NCBI GenBank assembly: GCA_024626585.2
Contig: JANKJI020000002.1
Location: 100,273,035 to 100,291,681, forward strand
DNA length: 18,647 bases
Source of the DNA: Ginkgo biloba
Taxonomy: Eukaryota > Plantae > Ginkgophyta
Reading direction: 5' to 3'
In this document: piece after piece, positions 9,190 to 18,647 of the stretch
Position numbering within the stretch: the stretch's first letter is position 1
How the letters are laid out: each line of letters begins with the position of its first letter
Notes under the pieces: model-generated
The model's database searches: none
What the model was told of the DNA's origin: nothing
What the model saw: only the letters and a program-made list of their open reading frames with translations
Made by a program: the position numbers and the translations under genes

Positions 9190-10931
9190 ATGTAGAATTT
9201 TATATTTGTTTACAAAATCTAACCTTCTAGCGATGTCATAATTGCCTAAAGGAGGGCTAGGATTTTAAAAATTGCAAGGTGGATGAATAGTGAAAGCTCT
9301 GATTATTTGGGATAATTTATGGTAAATCCTTAAAACAAGTAGGTGGTATCCTGGCACAATGTTCAATAATATTTCCCTGACACTTTTAAGGTGATTTCTT
9401 CGTATAATCCCCTTAATATAAACTACTCTTTATGTTCTATTACATTTTGAGTTATTTATAATTTCCATGCAATTTGCTTAGATTTCAATTACATTATGTT
9501 CTTTGCTTATCCTCCAAACATTGCTCTTATGTGAACCTGAGACAAAATAGAAACCTCATTTTGCGTGATTCTTTTATATACAACTTTAATTAGAATAATT
9601 TAAAATAACAAATATAAACAAATTGATGTTCGATGTGTAAGACAACTCCATCTATTTAAACTTAAGACAATGAAAATAACACATATTTAATAACCAATGT
9701 CAGTTCAAATGCTTATTATTATTATCATTCTTCTCTACATACATTATGTGGCTTATAGTTATATTTTCATTCTTAGGTAATTTATCTTTTTTATGTGTAT
9801 GGTATTTTATTATAGGCCTTTTATAAACATTTTTTGAGAAATTTATACTTAAGAATGCCTTTGTGGTTATTAAAACCAATAATAATCCATAGACTTATTA
9901 ATACCCCAGAATGCAAAAAAGATGTTATTTTTGCTCTTATAGCCAACTTCTTGAAATTTATTTAACTTCCACATATCCAAATGACCTCAAACCAACTCTA
10001 TTCAATGCATATTAGGTTAAGATTTTATAAATCTTTTGAAGTTTATAAAATACAACTCATAAGTGAAAGTTATGATCAAAATGTTAAGTAGTTGTTAAAG
10101 TTNNNNNNNNNNNNNNNNNNNNNNNNNNNNNNNNNNNNNNNNNNNNNNNNNNNNNNNNNNNNNNNNNNNNNNNNNNNNNNNNNNNNNNNNNNNNNNNNNN
10201 NNNNNNNNNNNNNNNNNNNNNNNNNNNNNNNNNNNNNNNNNNNNNNNNNNNNNNNNNNNNNNNNNNNNNNNNNNNNNNNNNNNNNNNNNNNNNNNNNNNN
10301 NNNNNNNNNNNNNNNNNNNNNNNNNNNNNNNNNNNNNNNNNNNNNNNNNNNNNNNNNNNNNNNNNNNNNNNNNNNNNNNNNNNNNNNNNNNNNNNNNNNN
10401 NNNNNNNNNNNNNNNNNNNNNNNNNNNNNNNNNNNNNNNNNNNNNNNNNNNNNNNNNNNNNNNNNNNNNNNNNNNNNNNNNNNNNNNNNNNNNNNNNNNN
10501 NNNNNNNNNNNNTAGAGGTATTGAGCAAGAGTTTAATGTGAGGGAAAGTGTCTTTAGTGTGTTGTTCGTATGTTAATTTGTTTGAATGAGCCAACTATTG
10601 TATAATTTTTTGTTGCGTACTATGTATCCTTTTCTAATTATTATAGGATCGTGCAATTTACTAAGCCCTGTTTGAGTTAATAAGTCTCTCTTTTGTGGAG
10701 GATATACCCCCTGATATGGTAATAAACAAGCCCACTATGAAATCTAACTTGCTTCCATTTGCTCTATCTTATTTTAAAATCACGTTTGTTATTTTCAGAG
10801 CCTTGATGAATGATACTAAAAATAGTTGGTTTATTTAACTTGAAATTCTACCATGGGGTAAGTTAGATTGTGCCTATGTTATTATTGATATAGAGTATTT
10901 AAGTTTTATTTAATATAAATTTGGATCTAAG

Positions 10932-11473
10932 ACTCTAATAAACTATTTTTTAGAAGGACTTCCCTAGAGATTGTGTTGAAAGCATAGATAAGAGAGACCT
11001 AGGAAATATATAGATGGAAGGTTGATTCTATTTGTTATCTTAGCTAAGGATTCTACTCTTATACCTTTAAAATCTTAAAGATTGCCAATGAGGTGCTTCT
11101 CTAAGGCCCTTAAACTTGTAGGTATAACATGATGTTACATTATAGATGGAGTAAGGAACTTTTATGTTGAAAAAGTTGTCTCATATGACTATGTTGTGTG
11201 GGTAAAGTTTCTTAATTTGCCAATGCCATAGTAAGAGTTTTTAAGCTTCATTATTAATCCCAATGGTACATGCATATGCTATAAACCAAGTAGGCTCTTT
11301 AGTATGAAGCCAAACATAAGAGTTTATGTGAAAGTTGACCATTCTAAAGAACTGAGACAAAGAGTCACCATTCAGTGTGGTGAATTTATCGTGGTTCAAC
11401 CTATCAGCATTTGAATATGCCAAATACTAATTCCAGATATCAAAGATCAAAGCATGAGATAAAATATTTTCCT
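10932..11473 (+). mobile_element. Degenerate L1-clade LINE ORF1 (DUF4283 plus zinc-knuckle remnant)
   Basis: Manual translation through stops and frameshifts: TLINYFL.../LEIVLKA*IRET*EIYRWKVDSICYLS*GFYSYTFKILKIANEVLL*GP*...RWSK/NF...VVWVKFLNLPMP (11196-11222)...IRVYVKVDHSKEL (11319-11339)...VQPI/QHLNMPNTNSRYQRSKHEIKYFP. Motif order matches plant L1 ORF1: GF, VLxxGPW, W, VWVxxxNLP, RVxVxVDxxKxL, then the CCHC position with cysteines decayed. The element may extend to the gaps at ~10513 and 11931. Confidence 0.82.
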
Positions 11474-13822
11474 CTTATAACTAAAGAGAAAAATGATTGA
11501 GCTCCATAAGTTCTTTATGTCGCTAGAGGGGAGGATATAGCCTTAAACCTTGAGTAAAAAGTCCAAAATGCATAACTTGATGAGGGAAATGGGAGGTAAT
11601 AAGTGACAATTAGGAATACAACTAGTGCTAATGCTAAAGACACAGGTATGGAAAAAATCTCTCTCGTGCTAGGATATCTTCTAGTAAAAATGGCATTTAG
11701 GCTACTAAGTCCAATCGAAGCAACTCTCAAAAGGTTGTTGAAAATTATCCCCCAAAGGTTATTAAATTGAGTCGTGCTAAATCACCTTTGCATTTGTTGT
11801 AATCCAATATGCCCTTTTGTTAGTTAAGTCCTGACCATAAGAGGCTTGAAGCCAACAGCATTAACTACTTTGAGAGTCATGGGAAAAGACTTAAAAGTAT
11901 GATTAACCACAATAATCCCTTCAATATAATCNNNNNNNNNNNNNNNNNNNNNNNNNNNNNNNNNNNNNNNNNNNNNNNNNNNNNNNNNNNNNNNNNNNNN
12001 NNNNNNNNNNNNNNNNNNNNNNNNNNNNNNNNNNNNNNNNNNNNNNNNNNNNNNNNNNNNNNNNNNNNNNNNNNNNNNNNNNNNNNNNNNNNNNNNNNNN
12101 NNNNNNNNNNNNNNNNNNNNNNNNNNNNNNNNNNNNNNNNNNNNNNNNNNNNNNNNNNNNNNNNNNNNNNNNNNNNNNNNNNNNNNNNNNNNNNNNNNNN
12201 NNNNNNNNNNNNNNNNNNNNNNNNNNNNNNNNNNNNNNNNNNNNNNNNNNNNNNNNNNNNNNNNNNNNNNNNNNNNNNNNNNNNNNNNNNNNNNNNNNNN
12301 NNNNNNNNNNNNNNNNNNNNNNNNNNNNNNNNNNNNNNNNNNNNNNNNNNNNNNNNNNNNNNNNNNNNNNNNNNNNNNNNNNNNNNNNNNNNNNNNNNNN
12401 NNNNNNNNNNNNNNNNNNNNNNNNNNNNNNNNNNNNNNNNNNNNNNNNNNNNNNNNNNNNNNNNNNNNNNNNNNNNNNNNNNNNNNNNNNNNNNNNNNNN
12501 NNNNNNNNNNNNNNNNNNNNNNNNNNNNNNNNNNNNNNNNNNNNNNNNNNNNNNNNNNNNNNNNNNNNNNNNNNNNNNNNNNNNNNNNNNNNNNNNNNNN
12601 NNNNNNNNNNNNNNNNNNNNNNNNNNNNNNNNNNNNNNNNNACTAGTAGAACGACATCGCAGATTAAAATATAATAGTATGGCAAGTTTTACAAATGGCA
12701 AAAGGCTCCATCATAACAAAATACTCTAATCAATAAATGAGATTCATCTGCCATAATTAGTAGTACAAAAAGAATTATAATGTCAAACCAAGTTGTAAGA
12801 TTACAAAAGTCTTTGGTAGTTGACATAAAGCTTTAATAGGGAGACAAGTTATCCTAACAATGTGATAGGACGCTTGATAACTACTAACATGCCAACTTGG
12901 CTACCACATCATCTCCTATAACATGTGGAAAATATCCACATCATCTATTTCTAGATAATAAGTTGAAATGAATAGTTTTATAACTACATCAACAATTATA
13001 GCTACAAATATTATAAAAACTCGCTAAATCTCAAAAATAGGGATTTGTTCCTAAGTTCTTCTTCTTAGATCTCTTCCCATTCTTCAAGCCTTCAACTTAA
13101 GTTTGTATTCTACTAATGGTAAGATGATCCTCATATGAGATCATAACTCTATATACTTTGATAATCAATCTTGTCTAGAGGAATATTAAGCTCTATAAAT
13201 TTGTCAACGTATTGTAAAGATTATTACAAAGTTTTGGAGAGCATGTCATTTTATTTTCTCTAATAAATGAAATCCTTTACANNNNNNNNNNCTTATGAAT
13301 GTGATTTATATAAGTATTAATTTATTTTTTATGTATACATCTTGGGTTCTTGCTCATATTTTAGTACCAAAGCACAATTTTCCATCACTAAAAAATAAAT
13401 AGATCAGAATATCAAGTATATTTTGGTAGCAAATACTTGGGTTTGGTATAACCTGAGCAAGAGCTTAAATCTTTGAATGATTTGGGCTCATTCCAAGTAT
13501 TAAGAAAAAGGAAAGCAATCAACAAGTCCATTGTTGTCAAGGAGAAGCTTAGTTGAGCAATTTATTAAGAGGTGAGTAAAGGGAATGGCCTAAAAGACCT
13601 ATAAAGAAGGTTGAATGTTTAGAGAGAACTCTAAACCAACTTTAAATAGGCATTGATCATAGAATATCTCAGCTCTTGCAAATCATACTAAGCCTAGTCC
13701 TTAGACCTTCAACAACTACAATTATGACTATAACAACTAATAACATTGTTGTAAGTAGTATTCCTCTATGCAGTAACACTCCTCTGAGAAGTCAACTTAT
13801 AATTCAAACATAAAAAACTACT

Positions 13823-14416
13823 TTTAAGGTTAAAATAAAAGTGGAAGTACCAACCTGTGATTCAAAAATGAACACTTAGAGGCTTGATGTATGGTTAAGA
13901 TAATTAAAGACCTTATTTAGAACCTAACGATATAAAAATCTTCAAAAGATAGTTTTGGCTAAGCTCAACACGAGAGGTAAAGCCTTGCTTTGGTGGTTTA
14001 TGAAAATATCAACAAGGTACATTGCCTATCACTATATGGGAAGAATTTAAACAGGGGATTAAAAAGAAATTTTACCCAACTAGAAATTTGAATACATAAG
14101 GGAACAATAAATTCCATGACAATACCTTAGACAAAAATATGACCAAAACGTCAAGNNNNNNNNNNNNNNNTTCAACTAGTTTATTATTAGGTTAAAAATT
14201 GTTGATGATGAAGATCATTTGGATTTGAAGTTTATAGATGCATTGTATACACTTATCAAAAAAATAAAGAAATATTTGATATTAAGACTCTTGACGAGGC
14301 CTATCATAAAGGAAAGATTATTGAAGCAAAGGGAAAGGGGAGAAATAAGGCCTATCAAAAGTAGTAAAACTTCCAAAAACTCCCTCTACAATTTTGGAAA
14401 AATAAAAAAAAAGACC
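13823..14416 (+). mobile_element. Degenerate Ty3/gypsy gag
   Basis: FKVKIKVEVPTCDSKMNT*RLDVWLR*LKTLF...KIVLAKLNTRGKALLWW (13823-13996), then PITIWEEFKQGIKKKFYP, *QYLRQKYDQNVK[gap]FN, LKFIDAL, FDIKTLDEAYHKGKIIEAK. These are typical retrotransposon gag motifs (AxxWW, TWxxFK, LRQxxxxxVxxYxxxF) with several stops and frameshifts. Confidence 0.88.
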
Positions 14417-14682
14417 NNNNNNNNNNNNNNNNNNNNNNNNNNNNNNNNNNNNNNNNNNNNNNNNNNNNNNNNNNNNNNNNNNNNNNNNNNNNNNNNNNNN
14501 NNNNNNNNNNNNNNNNNNNNNNNNNNNNNNNNNNNNNNNNNNNNNNNNNNNNNNNNNNNNNNNNNNNNNNNNNNNNNNNNNNNNNNNNNNNNNNNNNNNN
14601 NNNNNNNNNNNNNNNNNNNNNNNNNNNNNNNNNNNNNNNNNNNNNNNNNNNNNNNNNNNNNNNNNNNNNNNNNNNNNNNNNN

Positions 14683-16165
14683 CTTTGCTTATCATATCTA
14701 AATAGGTTAGATTTCAAAAACCATAATAAGCAGTTCAATTTTATATAATTAAACATCCATCAACTTACACCCTAAGATGGTTAAATAATATGTAAAGCAA
14801 ACAATCAATAAACAGTGCAAATTTAATTTTGTCCTTATTGAGTAATTTATTGATGAAATAGAGTATGATGCGATACCGCTAAACATGTATGTCATCATCT
14901 TTAGGAGACTGTATCTATAAGACAAAGATATGAAATTCAATAGGGGATCAAACAAATATAAAATAGTAAAAGGAGGTCAAGCTTATATGATTAAGGGGAA
15001 GNNNNNNNNNNNNNNNNNNNNNNNNNNNNNNNNNNNNNNNNNNNNNNNNNNNNNNNNNNNNNNNNNNNNNNNNNNNNNNNNNNNNNNNNNNNACTTTAAT
15101 GCTTTTAGAGGCCCATATAATAAATTATGTACATGCTCAATTGTCCAAGATGTAGAGCAAAAAGATAGCTTCATAACATCCTTCATTGGTATGTTATTAT
15201 TTTCAAAGACCCTCAAGGAATGCCTCTTAAGAGAGATTTTAAACATATCATTCAAATGCAGTAAGGAGTATTCTTTCTACATTAATTTCTATATAGGAGT
15301 TCAATAGTGAATAATGAAGAAATCAAGAAGCATCTTCAATAATTGCTTGATAAATGACTTTTAAATCCTAACACTTGAGCACCTTGAGGATCTTTAGTAA
15401 TCTTAGTTCATAAGAAAGATGGCATTTGGAGGATGCACGTTGACTATAGAGCCTTAAACATGATTATTGTGAAGAACTAGCATCCATTACCAAGGATAAA
15501 GAACTTGCTCGACCACCTCCAATGAATAATATTCTTTAATAAGATTGATCTCAAATCAAGATAGCATCAAGTTAAGATCAAAGAATAAGATACGTGGAAG
15601 ATTACCTTCAAAATAAGACAAAGATTCTTAAAGTTATGCCATTTCAATTGACCAATGCAACTTAATAATCTTTATGAAGTTAATGAATGAGGTATNNNNN
15701 NNNNNNNNNNNNNNNNNNNNNNNNNNNNNNNNNNNNNNNNTCTTGATTTATAAAAAATCATACGAGGAGCATCTATAACATATTCAAATAGCACTCGAAG
15801 TATTAAAGAAGGACAAACTTCAAAGAAACCTTAAAACATGCACTTTCACTTGATGTGTGGGAATTAGTGGATGGAGTCTAGATAAACCTTGCTAAAACTA
15901 AAGTCATCCTAAATTGATCCTCACCAAAGAACCTTCATGAACTTAAAATCTTTGTGGGTTTGGTTTATTACTTTAGAAAGTTTATTCTAGTATCTTTAGA
16001 GATAGCCTTAGCCCTTAATGCTTTAACAAAGGAGAATGCAACTTTTATTTGGGCTAAGAGATAAGATAGAGCTCTTAAGGAGCTTAAGAATATGATAATC
16101 AATACCCTTATTTTGGTATTTCTTAATATCAGATTACCATTTGATATTGAAATTGATGCATTAAG
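14683..16165 (+). mobile_element. Degenerate Ty3/gypsy pol: protease C-terminal part, reverse transcriptase, start of RNase H (chromovirus-like)
   Basis: Protease region: KHPSTYTLRWL, KQCKFNF...FIDEIEYDAIPL...LYL*DKD. RT: FKDPQGMPLKRDFKHII, LVHKKDGIWRMHVDYRALN (DYRALN at 15442-15459), PLPRI, FNKIDLKSR*HQV, DTWKITFK, VMPFQLTNA, then MNEV[gap covering the YxDD position]LIYKKSYEEHL. Later LKIFVGLVYYFRKFI and PFDIEIDA (RNase H start). Domain order PR-RT-RH indicates gypsy. Many in-frame stops; collinear with the upstream gag. Confidence 0.95.
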
Positions 16166-16173
16166 GCATCCAT

Positions 16174-16685
16174 TATTATAACCTAGATGTTTATTAAGTC
16201 AGTCGTAAGATGTGAGCCTAAGAATCCCTTATGGAATATTTGTGGTATGGCCTTAAAGGACATCTATAAGACTGAGCTTAATGATATATTAGATCAGTAA
16301 TATTATATATGTTGGCTCAACCTCATGATGGGTAATCAAGAGAGAGAAAATTGACAAAGAGAGGTCCAAAAGATTATTACAGAGTATAATTAACTACAAA
16401 GGGTTTCTTAGGATTTGGGCTAACCTTAAGAGTGAACCCAACTCTACTTAGGAGTCAAATACCTCTCCTCATTATATAAAAAGGTTTGTGAGTGTTTATA
16501 TAAACCATAATCATCATATGATATCTTCTTCATGAACTTACATTAAGTGTGTTCTCACTCTAAGGGTTATTCTTTATATATTGATGGTCTTTCTAATATA
16601 AGAGAAGTTGTTGTTTCTAGATTCTACTATTATTTTTGCATAGTTACTTTTATTTTATTTCATTTATGGTAAGTTTTTGCTCACA
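16174..16685 (+). mobile_element. Possible LTR of a second element interrupting the gypsy pol
   Basis: pol homology stops abruptly at ~16165. The following sequence starts tattataacc (possibly a decayed TGTTATAACC), contains tatataaaaagg (~16473), and ends ...ctcaCA before a T-run. No second copy or clear PBS. Confidence 0.3.
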
Positions 16686-16748
16686 TTTTTTTTTTTATGG
16701 CCAATATGATATATGCATGGATTGTTAAGAGGAAGGATGTTAACCCTG

Positions 16749-17008
16749 TTAATCTCTCATCCTGGGTTCCCTTTTTATTTTTATTTTTTGTNNNNNNNNN
16801 NNNNNNNNNNNNNNNNNNNNNNNNNNNNNNNNNNNNNNNNNNNNNNNNNNNNNNNNNNNNNNNNNNNNNNNNNNNNNNNNNNNNNNNNNNNAGTCTTAGA
16901 GTGCCTTTAAATATCTTAAATTAGATCTTACTATAGTTTCCATTATATAACAACCTAACTCATTATTATCCTTATTAACCCCCCATCCTGGGTCCCCTCT
17001 TTATTTTT
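16749..17008 (+). repeat. Degenerate direct repeat, offset 226 bp
   Basis: ttaatctctcatcctgggttccctttttattttt (16749-16782) vs ttaaccccccatcctgggtcccctctttattttt (16975-17008): 5 differences, all T/C. cttagagtg also recurs at 16895 and 17116. The true spacing is uncertain because a 100-N gap lies between the two copies. Confidence 0.7.
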
Positions 17009-18647
17009 TACTTTCATTATAGGCTCCCTTCAGCTAAGTGCTTCCCATAGCAAGACAATTCCCATGAAGCATGGTTTTGTCTTTCCTCTCCCTCAATTTT
17101 ATTTTTCACCTATACTTAGAGTGACTCCCTAGTATGTTCAAGTCTGCGTAATCCCGATGAGGCCCCTTTTATAAAACTCCTATAGCTGCCCTATGTAGAT
17201 GTGTCATCCCATAAACAACCTTACCTTCCCCTTATGTTATTCTTTGCAGAGAATCAAACAAGCATATGTTACCAAAACCTATAAAGATATTAAAAATTCC
17301 CTGGGAATACACTTTGCAAATGTTGTAAAGCCTTTAGAATAATACACGGGTACACTTAGAGGCATAATATGGAGGACCTTATTGTAGGTTTTAGGGGGGG
17401 GTTAAAGAATTTTATGGTTATAAAAGGTGGCATAGGCTTATGTAGGAACAACATGAAGAGAAGGGAACCAAGGGAGTGCCACTCCAAAATTAAGGATGTA
17501 GGTGAAAGATGACATGTATACCTCATACTTAACAAAAGATGAAGAAGTAAGGTAGGACTATCTCCATCAGTGAATAAAAGTTAAACTTTTGGGCTTTTAG
17601 GCTTGTAAAGGTTTTACGCCCAACACTTTTCAACAAAAAATCCTAAAGTCCTGCAGACCCAATATCAGAGTTAAAAGTATAGTTAATCCAAAGATTCATG
17701 CCTAGGCTTCATTAGGAGCATAAACCAAGGATTTGAGATCTTGGATTTTTTAGAGTTGGGTGGAGATGGGGGCCCCCTTTGTAAAGCCCCAAGGCAAGTT
17801 TTCAAAGACATAGTCTCGAAATATTAATTAAATAAAGTTGAGGCAAACCCCAAGACACTATGATAATCCTCACTCCACAAGTCAACAATATAGATCTTGA
17901 ACTAGATAAAGTACAATTAAAAAGATTTTGGACTCCACAACAGTTTGGGTATTTAGAGGTTGGGTAAAATAAGTGGGAGGCATCCTAAGTCTTTACCTCC
18001 TTTAGAATTATGAAGTTTCATGGACTTAAAATGTTAATTGAATGCAATTAAGAGTTCTCAATGTTGAAATACAACACCTCACACTCTGCCTTTTTCCAAG
18101 TCAATAGTGAGGGGATCCAAAAGGAGATTATGTATAAATGAATGAAGTTTGGATTTTGGGGTTTAGGAAAATCTAATAAGTAGAAGTAATGATTTTATAT
18201 CCCCCTTCAAAAATCTCAAAAGTTGTAAACTAAAAGGGAGAAGTTAAACGCAATTCACTATAGACTCTCATTCGAGCCTCGTAGGGGTGATGACTAGAGC
18301 TTGGGAGTTTTAGCTTTCTAACTCATAAGGTGTTAAGGGAAAAGACTAAGTAGATGAATATCGCCAAAAGGCATGTTATGTTGGCATAATTTTTTGTTAG
18401 ATCATGATTGATCCTATATTATTGATAGTTCCATGATTCAAGGTACAAGAATTTAATGCGATGATCCCTTCACGTGCCTCAAATCCAAATGATGGTACCT
18501 ACATCTTTCATGAATTCATGTGATAACACCCCACCTAATGATGAAGAAGGAACTATGATTTTCATCCTACTTGGAGTATGGGCACTAGATTAATCCTCAT
18601 TTCCATATTTATGAAGTGATTTTAAGTGTATCTCTTTGGGGGATCTA

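Noticed and set aside
13425-13458. tRNA-iMet primer-binding site and 5' LTR of the gypsy element
   Set aside because: There are two degenerate candidates (tggtagcaaa ~13425; tggtataacctgagc at 13444). Neither matches TGGTATCAGAGC well or directly follows a CA LTR end, and there is no second LTR to confirm.
10076-15307. Long ORFs in the track (10076-10594, 10092-10541, 11877-12729, 14219-14756, 14930-15307)
   Set aside because: Their length comes from N runs translated as X. Only small parts correspond to decayed gag/pol, already annotated.
1-18647. A novel multi-gene system (defence, biosynthetic cluster, viral insertion)
   Set aside because: No intact ORF set, operon-like structure, or viral or prokaryotic hallmark was found. 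The recognisable content is one host exon plus decayed transposons. About 2 kb is N and cannot be assessed.

Overview
AT-rich eukaryotic plant genomic DNA with many N runs. A large-genome seed plant such as a gymnosperm is likely, but that is inferred only from TE style and the implied intron size. The one recognisable host-gene sequence is the first coding exon of an atypical plant short-chain dehydrogenase/reductase (SDR; TSNGD-type, resembling Arabidopsis At3g01980) on the minus strand at 8225-7918. It carries a 1-bp frameshift and sits downstream of a CpG-retaining promoter region. No later SDR exons are visible in the 7.9 kb downstream. The rest is mostly decayed transposons: an L1-type LINE ORF1 remnant (~10.9-11.5 kb), a possible second one (~4.2-4.5 kb), a Ty3/gypsy gag-protease-RT-RNaseH remnant (13.8-16.2 kb) that breaks off early in RNase H, and several weak LTR/PPT/MITE-like fragments and simple repeats. 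Most ORF-track entries are artefacts of N runs or chance. I do not see evidence for a novel multi-gene biological system. The best leads are the frameshifted orphan SDR exon, cryptic stop-containing exons and a structured splice acceptor downstream of it, and an unexplained CpG-retaining island at 1.75-2.2 kb.
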